From: Nitrospirota bacterium
GTDB lineage: Bacteria > Nitrospirota > UBA9217
Direction: 5' to 3'
DNA: 64,000 nucleotides
Assembly: GCA_035623825.1 (NCBI GenBank)
Contig: DASPSR010000052.1
Span: 10,699 to 74,698 of the forward strand
The notes beneath the pieces were generated by a model that worked only from the letters and a program-made list of their open reading frames with translations, was not told the origin of the DNA and searched no databases. The position numbers were made by a program, and so were the translations under genes. Positions 20,251 to 30,174 of the stretch are shown piece by piece. Each line of letters starts with the position of its first letter. The first letter of the stretch is position 1.

Positions 20251-21867
20251 ATGAAAAGGATACTACTTGTTCTGCTGTCACTCGTTGTCGTGACGTTCGC
20301 AGTATCGTTCCCCGCTGAAGCAGGCCGAAAGAAAGACGGCAGGCCGGACGGAGGTGTCCTGAGCTATGGCGAGTACGGCCGGCCGGCGACCCTTGACCCG
20401 ATTACGAGCAACGAGATGATCTCGCTCCGGCTCACTGAGCTCATTTTCAACGGTTTAGTCGGGATCAACGAGAAACAGGAGATTGTACCCGAGCTGGCGG
20501 AAAGATGGGAGCGCACACCCGATGGCCGTATCTACACCTTTTATCTGCGAAAGGACGTCACCTGGCATCCCCGGGAGGGGGAAGAGCCGAAACCGTTTAC
20601 GGCCGAGGATGTCGTCTTCACGTACAGGATCATGATGCACCCCAGGACCATTACCCCGCTCAAGGTGCGCTATGAATTCATCGAGAACGTGGAAAAAGTC
20701 GATGATTATACGGTCAAATTCACGCTCAAGCGGCCGATCTTGAATGCGCTGGCCAAGTTCAGTTTCAAGATAATCCCGAAGCACGGTCCGACCAATCCTA
20801 CCTACCTTACGCGGGATGATCAATTTGTGCAGAACCCCATCGGCACCGGCCCGTATATATTGAAGAACATAACGGCCGAGCGCGAGATCGTCCTCGTGGC
20901 GAACGATAACTATTTCAAGGGCAGGCCGCACATAGACAAATTCATTGCCAAACCCTTTGCCGACCAGAACATCATGACACAGGCGCTCATGTTCAATGCC
21001 ATCGACATGATCGTGCTCGTGAACCCCCGTGACATCCCCGAGATCCAGGGAGACAAGCGCTTCATCCTCCAGCCGTACAACGCGCTCTCCTATTCGTTCT
21101 TCGGCTATAATACCCGCAATCCGCTCCTCGCGGACAAACGCGTGCGCCAGGCGTTCACCTACGCCGTGAACCGGCAGGAGATGCTCGATTCGTTCTTCAA
21201 TGGCCAGGGAACCATCATCTCCGGCCCCTTCGCACCCGGGAGTTGGGCCTATAACCTGGACGTGCAGCCCCTTCCCTACGATCCGCAAAAGGCGATAGCG
21301 CTTCTCCAGGAAGCGGGGTTCACAAAAGGCGCGGACCGGTTTATGCAGAAGGACGGCAAGAAGCTCGCCCTCACGCTCAAGGTCCCCATCGAAAAAGAGA
21401 GCGAGGCGGTGAAGCGCGTGGTGCTCGCGTTCAAGAACTACCTCAAGAACATCGGCGTTGACATCAATGTGGAGTTCAAGGAATGGCAGGCATGGAAGGA
21501 AGACGTCTTTCTCGAGCATGACTTTGACATCATTTTCGCATCATGGGTCTTCGACGATTCAGCCGACATCTCTTCCCTGTTCCACTCCGGAGAGATTGGC
21601 CCGTGGAAGAACAATTTCGGCGGCTACTCGAACCCGGAAGTGGATAGCCTGATCAACGAAAGCAAGCTCACGCTCGACCACGAGAAGCGGAGGACCATCA
21701 ACCGCAAGCTCCACGCCATCCTTGCAGACGAGAACCCGTATACTTTCCTCTGGACTCTGACGAACTACGCGGCGTACAATAAGAAGGAGAGGCATGTGGC
21801 CATTCATCCCTACAAGTTTTTCTCCTATGCTGATGAGTGGTTCATAGAGGAGAAAGATCAGAAATAG
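20251..21867 (+). CDS. peptide/nickel ABC transporter substrate-binding protein (family 5)
   Basis: TLDP, PELAERWE, YTFYLRKDVTWH, PIGTGPY and VRQA motifs. Confidence 0.92.
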   Translation: MKRILLVLLSLVVVTFAVSFPAEAGRKKDGRPDGGVLSYGEYGRPATLDPITSNEMISLRLTELIFNGLVGINEKQEIVPELAERWERTPDGRIYTFYLRKDVTWHPREGEEPKPFTAEDVVFTYRIMMHPRTITPLKVRYEFIENVEKVDDYTVKFTLKRPILNALAKFSFKIIPKHGPTNPTYLTRDDQFVQNPIGTGPYILKNITAEREIVLVANDNYFKGRPHIDKFIAKPFADQNIMTQALMFNAIDMIVLVNPRDIPEIQGDKRFILQPYNALSYSFFGYNTRNPLLADKRVRQAFTYAVNRQEMLDSFFNGQGTIISGPFAPGSWAYNLDVQPLPYDPQKAIALLQEAGFTKGADRFMQKDGKKLALTLKVPIEKESEAVKRVVLAFKNYLKNIGVDINVEFKEWQAWKEDVFLEHDFDIIFASWVFDDSADISSLFHSGEIGPWKNNFGGYSNPEVDSLINESKLTLDHEKRRTINRKLHAILADENPYTFLWTLTNYAAYNKKERHVAIHPYKFFSYADEWFIEEKDQK

Positions 21868-22021
21868 CCAACGAATTAGAATCGTGGAGAGAAGAACAAG
21901 GAGAGAGGCGTCAATCGGAGGCCGATCGAGAATCTACTGTCAAAGCGTACGATACATGAACGTCACGCACATCGCGGCCTTTTGACGACACAGGCATCGG
22001 AGCCGTTGCCATAACATAACC

Positions 22022-22987
22022 ATGAAATTGCCGGAAGTCAGACCCATAACGCTGGCGCTGTTCAGAGAAATTGCTATCGCGGCGCTCCTGCTGCTCGGCG
22101 TAAGCTTCGTGGTTTTCATCATCCTCTACCTGTCGCCTGGAGATCCTTTCAGCGTCTTGCTCGAAGGACAGATGCCCACGGCAGAGGCGCGGGCCGGGTT
22201 GCGCGAAGCCTTGGGTGTTCCCAAGGCATGGTATGCGCAATACCTGTCCTGGCTTACCGGCATGCTTCAGGGGAACTTCGGCACATCCATTCGCACGGGA
22301 TTGCCGGTCCTGAAAGAGGCGCTTCGGGTGGGATTGAACACCCTTTTCCTCACCATTGGCTCAATGCTCATAACACTGGCGATCGCCGTTCCAATCGCCC
22401 TCTATACGGCTGCACGAGGCACAGACAGGGTCTCCTGGACGCTCACCATCTTGTCCTATGTGGTTTCCGCTCTCCCCGTGTTCTGGCTCGGGTACATCGT
22501 CATCTATTTTTTTACACACAAGCTCGGCCTGTTTCCCCTAGTTTTCGGATATTCAAGCTCGGGGCAGAAGTACGGATGGCTCTATTCGCTGCTGCCGATT
22601 TTCGTGCTCGGCGTCGGGAACGGGATGATCAGCGAGGTTATCCGGTACTTGCGTGACGAGATAGGCAGGGTGATGTCTGAGGACTACATCCGAACTGCCC
22701 GGGCCAAGGGTGCTTCGGTCTGGAAACATGCGTTCAAGGAGGGCCTCCTGACCCCGGTAGCAGAGATCCTCGCATCCAAGATTCCCTTTGTTCTCGGCGG
22801 TGCGGTAATCGTTGAGCAGGTATTCAACTGGCCTGGCATGGGCAGGATGGCGTGGCAGGCGGCGCAGGACCGTGACTATCCGGTAATCATGGGCATCGCG
22901 ATCATCTCCGCCGTTTTCGTGCGCCTTGGCAGCCTCTTCAAGAGCGTAGTGTATGTAGCAGTGAACCCGAGAGCATCGAAGGGGTGA
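22022..22987 (+). CDS. peptide ABC transporter permease (DppB/OppB-like)
   Basis: PGDP, EAA loop DYIRTARAKG, VEQVFNWPGMG, RDYP. Confidence 0.92.
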   Translation: MKLPEVRPITLALFREIAIAALLLLGVSFVVFIILYLSPGDPFSVLLEGQMPTAEARAGLREALGVPKAWYAQYLSWLTGMLQGNFGTSIRTGLPVLKEALRVGLNTLFLTIGSMLITLAIAVPIALYTAARGTDRVSWTLTILSYVVSALPVFWLGYIVIYFFTHKLGLFPLVFGYSSSGQKYGWLYSLLPIFVLGVGNGMISEVIRYLRDEIGRVMSEDYIRTARAKGASVWKHAFKEGLLTPVAEILASKIPFVLGGAVIVEQVFNWPGMGRMAWQAAQDRDYPVIMGIAIISAVFVRLGSLFKSVVYVAVNPRASKG

Positions 22988-23104
22988 GTCCAGTAAGTTC
23001 AAGGTTCCCATGTCCATCAAGTTCAAATGGCCCAATTCCCAATGCTTCTCTCTTCGAACGTATCCATTTGATTTGAACTTTGGCTCTTTGATTTGCAATG
23101 CATT

Positions 23105-23998
23105 ATGAAATCGTATTCCCAAATATCAGGCGAGATAGGCGAGCTTTCGGATCTGCCTTTCTGGAAAAAGACGGACATTGAAGACCTTGCTTACGTGGGC
23201 TACGGCCTGCTCATCGTCACGCTCGTGGTGTCGTCATACATCCTCGGTTCGTTCCATCTCCTGACGCGCGATCCGCAGGATATCGATCTTGAACTCATGT
23301 TGGCGCCGCCTGGGACCCCCGGGCATATCCTGGGTACGGATTTCATGGGCCGGGACATGTTGTCCCGCCTTATCGTCGGCATACAGGCATATTTCCTCCC
23401 CGGCCTCCTCGCCATATTCGTATCGCTTGTTTTCGGCAGCATGTTCGGCGTGCTCGCAGGCTATCGGGGCCGCAGGTTCAATACGGTCATTACGTACATG
23501 AACAACCTGGTGGACTCCTTTCCTCGCCTCGTGCTCATCCTGCTCGTGATCGCGGCGTTCAAGCCCAACATTTACTACATCATGCTCATCGTGGGCCTCA
23601 CCAATGTCCCCGCCGTCGCTTCGCTCATCAAGGGGAAGATCATGTTCCTCAAGCAGAAGAACTTCATCGAAGCGGACGTTGCATTGGGCTTGCCGACGAG
23701 CACCATCATCTTGAAGCACATCTTGTGGCACAACTGCCGATCCCTCCTCATCATCCGGGCCACGCTGGGCATGGCCGAGGCGATTCTGATGGAGACCAGC
23801 TTAAGCTACCTGGGCTTCGGCGTGCAGGAGCCCACACCGTCGTGGGGCAACATGGTTCAGGCCGGGGCAAACTACCTCCTGCAGGGCAAGTTCTGGCCTT
23901 CCACAGCCCCGGCGCTCGCGATCCTTTTCACGATCCTCGGGTTCCATTTGCTCGGCGACGGCCTCAATAACATTCTGGAAGGCAAGAAGGGGAAATGA
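23105..23998 (+). CDS. peptide ABC transporter permease (DppC/OppC-like)
   Basis: HILGTDFMGRD and LSYLGFGVQEPTPSWG. Confidence 0.9.
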   Translation: MKSYSQISGEIGELSDLPFWKKTDIEDLAYVGYGLLIVTLVVSSYILGSFHLLTRDPQDIDLELMLAPPGTPGHILGTDFMGRDMLSRLIVGIQAYFLPGLLAIFVSLVFGSMFGVLAGYRGRRFNTVITYMNNLVDSFPRLVLILLVIAAFKPNIYYIMLIVGLTNVPAVASLIKGKIMFLKQKNFIEADVALGLPTSTIILKHILWHNCRSLLIIRATLGMAEAILMETSLSYLGFGVQEPTPSWGNMVQAGANYLLQGKFWPSTAPALAILFTILGFHLLGDGLNNILEGKKGK

Positions 23999-25095
23999 CG
24001 ACGGCGCCCATTTTAAAGATCGAGGACCTGCGAACGTACTTCTATTCACGGAGCAAACAGGCTTTCATCCGGTCCGTGGACGGGGTGAGCCTCAAAATCG
24101 CGAAGGGGGAGACGCTCGGCATCGTAGGCGAAAGCGGCAGCGGCAAGAGCATAACGGCCCTGTCCGTCATGGGGCTGGTGAGCGGCGGTCCGGGGGTCTT
24201 CAGCGGAAAGATAGGTCTCAAGACGGAACGGATCCAGAAGAACCTGCTCCAGGACCTTGAAGACTTTGTCCTGGTTACGAAAAAGGACGGCCGAATCATG
24301 GCGGTGAGCAAAGACATGGCAGGGTGGGAGCGGCATGCCGAGCGCGTCATGGCCAGGGTGCGGGGCAAGGAGATCTCCATGATCTTCCAAAACCCCAAAT
24401 CGTCGCTTAACCCCTTCACCCCCGTCGGTAAGCAGATAACCGAAGCCATTCGGAGACATACCGCGACCAAAAATGAACAGGAAGCCAGGGAGCTTGCAAT
24501 CGCCTGGCTCGAACGTGTGAAGATCGACTCACCCCGGCTTCGTTACGATAACTACCCATTCGGGCTTTCAGGAGGCATGTGTCAGCGTGTCATGATCGCG
24601 ATGGCGCTCGCCTGTGAGCCGTCGCTCCTGATCGCCGATGAGCCGACGACGGGACTCGATGCCACGATCCAGTCAAAGATTGTTGATCTGCTCGCAGAGC
24701 TCAAGTCAGAACTCGGTATCACGACCATGCTCATCAGTCATGATATCAGCATCATCTCGCGGCTCTCGGATAGCGTGGCCGTAATGTATGGGGGGACGGT
24801 GGTTGAGTGCGGCCCGGCAAGGGACATCCTGGCGGCGGACGTTGCCTCCAAACATCCCTATACGACCGCGCTTCTCGCATCCATACCGAGCGCCCAGAAT
24901 ATCAGGGAAAAGGGCTATCTCCAGGCCATAGAAGGAGACGTCCTCGACACCATTAACATGCCTGAAGGGTGCAGGTTCTACTCGCGCTGCAACCGCGTGA
25001 CCGATTCAATTCGGAAAAAGTGCGAACATCACGAGCCGGACCTGAGGGAGATCGCTAAGGGGCACAAAGTGAGATGCTGGATTTACTTTGAATAA
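23995..25095 (+). CDS. peptide ABC transporter ATPase (DppD/OppD-like)
   Basis: GESGSGKS, LSGGMCQR, ADEPTT, C-terminal GCRF..RC. Confidence 0.92.
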   Translation: MTTAPILKIEDLRTYFYSRSKQAFIRSVDGVSLKIAKGETLGIVGESGSGKSITALSVMGLVSGGPGVFSGKIGLKTERIQKNLLQDLEDFVLVTKKDGRIMAVSKDMAGWERHAERVMARVRGKEISMIFQNPKSSLNPFTPVGKQITEAIRRHTATKNEQEARELAIAWLERVKIDSPRLRYDNYPFGLSGGMCQRVMIAMALACEPSLLIADEPTTGLDATIQSKIVDLLAELKSELGITTMLISHDISIISRLSDSVAVMYGGTVVECGPARDILAADVASKHPYTTALLASIPSAQNIREKGYLQAIEGDVLDTINMPEGCRFYSRCNRVTDSIRKKCEHHEPDLREIAKGHKVRCWIYFE

Positions 25096-25195
25096 GAACG
25101 ATCTCCCGGCGGATCAAGCAAAGGAAACGAAAAAAGGGAATATTTTCTAGCAATCTTCACACTGTACGATCTTCGGGAAACGGGAAACAAAACGC

Positions 25196-26206
25196 GTGTC
25201 CAAGACAATACTTGAAGTCATAGACCTTAAAAAGCATTTTACCTACCGCCGAGGGCTCTTTTCCGCTTTCAAGGGAGAGATACCGCTTATCCCCGCGGTG
25301 GACGGGGTGAGTTTTTACCTTAAGGAACATGAGACGGTGGGTCTCGTGGGCGAGTCGGGCTGCGGCAAGACCACGATAGGGAGGACAATCCTCAGGCTCA
25401 CACCGGCGACTTCAGGAAAGATCATTTTCGACGGCAAAGACATCGTTGCCCTGCCGACCGAGGAGCTTCGTCAACTGCGCAGCGACATGCAGATGATCTT
25501 TCAGGACCTGGACGCAGCCCTCAATCCCAAGATGCGCATACGGGACATTCTCAAGGAGTCCATTACAGTTCACCAGAAAATAAACGGCGGAGAGGTCGAT
25601 AAGAAGATAGGCGAGCTGCTCGAACAGGTAAATCTCAAGAAGAACAAGCTCTGCAATTTCCCATATGAGCTCTCAGGGGGGGAGAAGCGGAGGGTCGGTT
25701 TGGCGCGCGCTCTCTCGGTCGGCGCCCGGTTCATAGTGGCCGACGAGCCAACGAGCGCACTCGACGTATCCATACAGGCGCAGGTTGTGAATCTGCTTCG
25801 CGACCTGCAAAAACAGCTCGGCTTGTCATACCTGTTCATCTCGCACGACCTGCGGGTCGTGGAGCTCATCAGCCACAAGGTGGCAGTGATGTACCTGGGC
25901 AAGATCGTCGAGAAGGGCCTTTCCGAGCACATTGTCAACAGGGCACGCCATCCGTATACGCATATCCTCTGGTCCTCCCTGGTCGAGAAGCAGAGCAGGG
26001 AAGCGTCCCGGGGATCCGAGAACGGTCAGGCCGGACAGTGGGGGGTGTTCGATTTTGAGCGGCCGATCGCAGGCTGCAGGTTCGCGCCGCGCTGTCCGGT
26101 TTACGAGGCAAACGGCAGGCCAACGGTCTGTACTGACCCTGCCACGGAGCCTCAGCTCCGCGAGCTTGGCGCCGGCCACTACGCTGCCTGCCATTTCCCG
26201 CTATGA
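25196..26206 (+). CDS. peptide ABC transporter ATPase (DppF/OppF-like)
   Basis: [36 protein letters not shown]...AACH. Confidence 0.92.
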   Translation: MSKTILEVIDLKKHFTYRRGLFSAFKGEIPLIPAVDGVSFYLKEHETVGLVGESGCGKTTIGRTILRLTPATSGKIIFDGKDIVALPTEELRQLRSDMQMIFQDLDAALNPKMRIRDILKESITVHQKINGGEVDKKIGELLEQVNLKKNKLCNFPYELSGGEKRRVGLARALSVGARFIVADEPTSALDVSIQAQVVNLLRDLQKQLGLSYLFISHDLRVVELISHKVAVMYLGKIVEKGLSEHIVNRARHPYTHILWSSLVEKQSREASRGSENGQAGQWGVFDFERPIAGCRFAPRCPVYEANGRPTVCTDPATEPQLRELGAGHYAACHFPL

Positions 26207-26383
26207 TAATGCATTGCGTTCACCGGATAGGATGACGACGGGTGGGGTGGCGCGAGAGACTTATCCGCCATCTCCTTACGCGGACCCTTTTCTGCCCTTC
26301 TGACTTTCGAAGACGCTTTTATCTTTTGAGCGCCGCATAGTCTTCTCTGTTTGACTTTTACGGGCCAACAGTTATAATACATC

Positions 26384-27082
26384 ATGTTTTCCAAGCGACT
26401 TGTCCTGCTCGCCGTACTGACGGTCTTCAATCCGTCATCGATCCTTTTCGCGGATTCCGCGGTTCCGCCCATCATCGAACACGGACCGCGGAACGACTCG
26501 AAGATCGCGCTCACATTCGATGCATGCCCAACGTCGAGGTCCGATGAATACGATGAAAATGTAATCGATGTTCTGCTCGCGGAGAAAGTTCCCGCCACGC
26601 TCTTCATGAGCGGCCGGTGGGTCGAAAAAAATCCCGAAAAGGCAAAATTCCTCGCCTCCCAGCCGCAGTTCGAGATCGCTGCACACAGCTATTATCATCC
26701 CCACATGATGGAAAAAGACAATGAGCGTGTTCTTCGCGAGTTGAAAAGGACGCAGGCGTTGATCAGGAAAGTGACCGGGAAGACACCGCACTACTTCAGA
26801 CCGCCCTTCGGCGAGTGTGATGATCGGGTTGCACAGCTCGCGGCCGAGACAGGGCTGGTGACCGTTCAGTACGATATCTCATCCGGTGACGCTGATCCAA
26901 ATCTCTCACCGCAGAGGATAGCACGCAGCATACTCCGAGACGCACGCGGGGGGAGCATCATCGTCTTTCACATGAATAGGAACGGCATGCACACTGCAGA
27001 GGTCCTGCCTGTGATCATCAGTGGATTGCGTCAGAAAGGTTTTACGTTCGTGACGGTCGGAGAATTGCTGGAAAAAAAATAA
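26384..27082 (+). CDS. secreted polysaccharide deacetylase (CE4/NodB-like)
   Basis: ALTFDA, HSYYHP, FRPPFG and IIVFH motifs; signal peptide. Confidence 0.9.
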   Translation: MFSKRLVLLAVLTVFNPSSILFADSAVPPIIEHGPRNDSKIALTFDACPTSRSDEYDENVIDVLLAEKVPATLFMSGRWVEKNPEKAKFLASQPQFEIAAHSYYHPHMMEKDNERVLRELKRTQALIRKVTGKTPHYFRPPFGECDDRVAQLAAETGLVTVQYDISSGDADPNLSPQRIARSILRDARGGSIIVFHMNRNGMHTAEVLPVIISGLRQKGFTFVTVGELLEKK

Positions 27083-27118
27083 GGGCTGACCGTCCGGCCA
27101 ACCCTTGTGTCCTGCCGA

Positions 27119-27604
27119 TTAACTCTCTTTTCCCATTAACTTTTTGCTAAACCTGTCGAGCCACACGATATGGCTCTTCTCTTCATTGATGACCTCGTCG
27201 ACGACATTTTTCTCTCTCACAACCGTGCGAAGCTCCATGAAATAGAGCAGGGTCTCCTTCTCGAAGCCGAGCGCGAATTTCACCACGTCCTGTACCGTTT
27301 TCAGATGATCCATGGACGGGAGGGACTTGCCCTTGCCGAGGAAAAATTCTGATTCGACAAACGCCCTCATGTAAGTGGTCACCTCTTCCCACTGAACCGG
27401 TTCTGTGCCGTGCTTCGCGACGATGTCCTTGAGGTTGGTAAAGGTCCTTTCGTGCACTTTTTCCTTCGCAGCGAGCGTGGTGAAGAGCCTGACCAGCCCG
27501 TCGTCCTTATTGAATTTTTCCGACATGCCGGTGTAAAATTGATACCCGAGTTTTTCCGTCTGAATCGCCATCTCCAAGATTTCGTCGATCGAATACTTGT
27601 TCAT
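27119..27604 (-). CDS. ferritin-like/rubrerythrin-family diiron protein
   Basis: AIQTE...FY, EKVH, EKE and EEKSH ligand pattern. Confidence 0.85.
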   Translation of the reverse strand: MNKYSIDEILEMAIQTEKLGYQFYTGMSEKFNKDDGLVRLFTTLAAKEKVHERTFTNLKDIVAKHGTEPVQWEEVTTYMRAFVESEFFLGKGKSLPSMDHLKTVQDVVKFALGFEKETLLYFMELRTVVREKNVVDEVINEEKSHIVWLDRFSKKLMGKES

Positions 27605-27871
27605 TTGTTCTCCCCGTTAATGATATCCTATGATTCTTTCATGCTGATAAATGATTACCCAAGGGCAATAATAGCGTGATACTCCATGGGTGTCAACCGT
27701 ATTTTTTATTCTGCACCGGGGACTAGAATTGAGGCGGCCCCGTTGATGCGCTGGGCCTTTCGCTGGGCCTTTCGTGTTGACAATTTCAGCTTGTTTTGCT
27801 ACAGTTGTCCCGTATCTTCGGAGCGTTGAAAATTGAAGCAAGACCCACAGTTTTTCTATCAGGAGGAAGCA

Positions 27872-29107
27872 ATGGGGGAGAAGCTTGCGATTGTTATCGG
27901 CGGGGGCCCGGCCCCGGGGATCAACGGCGTGATCAGCGCTGTCACCTTTGAAGCGGCGAAGCACGGCCTGCAGGTGGTCGGTATCTATGACGGATTCAAG
28001 TGGCTTTCCAAGGGAGACACATCGAAGACCATTCGCCTGGATAATGGAGAAATAACCCGCATCCACCTGCGCGGCGGATCAATTCTGCGCACGTCACGCG
28101 AAAATCCCACCAAGAGCCCGGAGAAGATGGCCAACGTGGTAAAGGCATTGACTGACCTCGGCATCAAATATCTCGTAACCATCGGCGGCGACGATACGGC
28201 CTTCACTGCGACCCGGGTCGAGCAGGAGGCAGGCGGCAGGATCTCCGTCTGCCATGTGCCGAAGACAATAGACAACGACCTTCCGCTCCCGTACGGGATC
28301 CCGACCTTCGGGTTCGAGACCGCGCGCGCGCTCGGCACACATCTGGTCGAGAACATCATGGAGGATGCACGCACGGCGGGAAGGTGGTATTTCGTGATCG
28401 CCATGGGCCGCTCCGCCGGCCACCTCGCACTCGGAATGGGCATGGGCGCGGGCGCCACGCTCACGCTTATCCCGGAGGAACTGGGCAGCAAGATATCGCT
28501 GAACAAGGTCGTTTCCATCCTCGAGGGCGCCATAATCAAGCGACTCTCCGCCGGCAGAAACCACGGCGTCGCGGTGATTGCCGAAGGTGTGGCCGCACGG
28601 TTCGACCCAGAAGAACTGACGTTTCTCAAGGATGTGCCGAGGGACGACCACGGCAACATCCGCCTGGCCGAGATCCCACTCGGCGAAATGCTCAAGAAGA
28701 AGGTGCTTGATGACCTCGAAGGGCTCGGCCTCAAGACCACCATAATCGCGAAGGATATCGGCTACGAGCTGCGCTGCCAGCCTCCACTCCCTTATGACCG
28801 TGAGTATACGCGGTACCTCGGGTACAGCGCGGTGAAGTTCCTGGTCGCTGGAGGCACCGGTGCCATGATCATGCTCAAGGACGGAAAAAGCCTGCCGATA
28901 AAATTCACAGACCTCCTCGATCCCAAGACGGGAAAGACACGTATCCGCACCGTGGACGTCAAGGCCGATGATTACCTCATGGCGAGACGATACATGATTC
29001 GTCTTGAACGGGAGGACATGGAGGGTGAGCCGCTCAGAAAACTCGCGGCCGCGGCGAAGATGGGCATCGAGGATTTCAAGAAGAGATTCTCGGCGGCTGT
29101 CGATTAG
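27872..29107 (+). CDS. pfp: pyrophosphate-dependent phosphofructokinase
   Basis: GGGPAPGIN and MGR; GGDDT together with PKTIDND are the Asp/Lys residues diagnostic of PPi-type enzymes. TTGACA-N17-TACAGT promoter at 27777. Confidence 0.85.
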   Translation: MGEKLAIVIGGGPAPGINGVISAVTFEAAKHGLQVVGIYDGFKWLSKGDTSKTIRLDNGEITRIHLRGGSILRTSRENPTKSPEKMANVVKALTDLGIKYLVTIGGDDTAFTATRVEQEAGGRISVCHVPKTIDNDLPLPYGIPTFGFETARALGTHLVENIMEDARTAGRWYFVIAMGRSAGHLALGMGMGAGATLTLIPEELGSKISLNKVVSILEGAIIKRLSAGRNHGVAVIAEGVAARFDPEELTFLKDVPRDDHGNIRLAEIPLGEMLKKKVLDDLEGLGLKTTIIAKDIGYELRCQPPLPYDREYTRYLGYSAVKFLVAGGTGAMIMLKDGKSLPIKFTDLLDPKTGKTRIRTVDVKADDYLMARRYMIRLEREDMEGEPLRKLAAAAKMGIEDFKKRFSAAVD

Positions 29108-29140
29108 GTCGATGGCGCCCTTACCATGAAATGATGCAGG

Positions 29141-29176
29141 AGAATGGATAGCCGCACCCGGCTATCCATTCTTTTT
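29141..29176. terminator. intrinsic terminator between convergent genes
   Basis: AGAATGGATAGCCG-CACC-CGGCTATCCATTCT followed by TTTT. Confidence 0.8.
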
Positions 29177-29456
29177 ACAGCGGGATCCTTTTTTCCCGGG
29201 CGACGTTTCTGAGGATGATCACGGCGTTGTGCAGTCGCTGGAGCTTCATGTTCCTCGATCTGAGCGCAGCCTGATCGCTCCATTCTATCTTTTCGTTCCT
29301 CGTGCCCGTCATCGTCTTATTCAAGTTCTCGAACAGATCCTTGATCATGTCCTTGTCGAATTTCTTAAGGAAGAGTGGGTTCACGGATATATACCCTTCC
29401 GCCACATCAACGGCGACTGCCTTCATGCTCTTCCCTTTATATCCGCTTTCAGCCAT
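29175..29456 (-). CDS. hypothetical protein
   Basis: 93-aa ORF with natural composition, 9 bp downstream of the HAMP gene and ending at the terminator. Confidence 0.65.
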   Translation of the reverse strand: MAESGYKGKSMKAVAVDVAEGYISVNPLFLKKFDKDMIKDLFENLNKTMTGTRNEKIEWSDQAALRSRNMKLQRLHNAVIILRNVAREKRIPL

Positions 29457-29465
29457 ATCTGGGCT

Positions 29466-30026
29466 CTAACTTTTCCGGTAGGATTTGATGGCTTTGGCCA
29501 GCAGTTCCTGTCTTTTGTTCACGCTTTCGAGCTGCTTCTGTATCTCATCGCTGTCCGCGCCCTGCCTGATTTTTTCCTGAAGCGCCTGAATGTCTTCGAA
29601 CAAGATCTTTGCCGTATCTTCGATGAGGGTCTGGGTGTTTCTACTGTTGTCGCAGAGGCGGCTGAAAGACTTGACCAGGTCCTGGAGCATGGGGTCGTCT
29701 GACGATCTCAACCTTAAGCATACCGATGTCTCTCCATCGGCCAGGAGTTCGACTGCCCGCTGGATGCGCTGTATGGGGCCAACAAATTTGTGAGAATAGA
29801 GCGTGCCCACGATGCCGATGAAAACCAGTAGCGAGATCAGCGATAAAGGGAGAAAGACGGGGAGTTGAACGATTTGCGCCAGCTTTTGGAAAACCCTCAA
29901 GAGGAGCGTATAGGCGATAAGGAGGAAGATGAGAAATATGATGAATCTCGCCTGCGGCCCCGCAACGTGCAGCAGATATCCCTTCCCCCTCTTGCTTACT
30001 ATGGTGCGCTTGACGGTTTTTGGCAT
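29466..30026 (-). CDS. two-TM HAMP-domain protein (short MCP-like)
   Basis: Two TM helices, SHKFVGPIQRI...LADG...LRLR..D HAMP pattern, then a coiled coil. Confidence 0.7.
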   Translation of the reverse strand: MPKTVKRTIVSKRGKGYLLHVAGPQARFIIFLIFLLIAYTLLLRVFQKLAQIVQLPVFLPLSLISLLVFIGIVGTLYSHKFVGPIQRIQRAVELLADGETSVCLRLRSSDDPMLQDLVKSFSRLCDNSRNTQTLIEDTAKILFEDIQALQEKIRQGADSDEIQKQLESVNKRQELLAKAIKSYRKS

Positions 30027-30174
30027 AGAGCCGTTTCAGTCCTGACGATACGCCTGTTCGGCCGATTCATGCGTCTGGAACAAACGTTGGTTGAAATTAT
30101 ACTGATAAAATAGTGGTAGGTCAAGGTCATAATTTTGCCTTGAAGTCCCGGCACCCCTGTGGTAGAGTTTTATC

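Noticed and set aside
20455-21519. Long antisense ORFs (also 4830-5723, 9595-10689, 27985-28743, 36546-37379, 60318-61013)
   Set aside because: Shadow frames of well-supported genes in GC-rich DNA, with no recognisable motifs.
27640-27660. Fur/PerR-like box (GATAAATGATTACC) upstream of the ferritin-like gene
   Set aside because: Only a partial match in AT-rich DNA; cannot be distinguished from background by eye.
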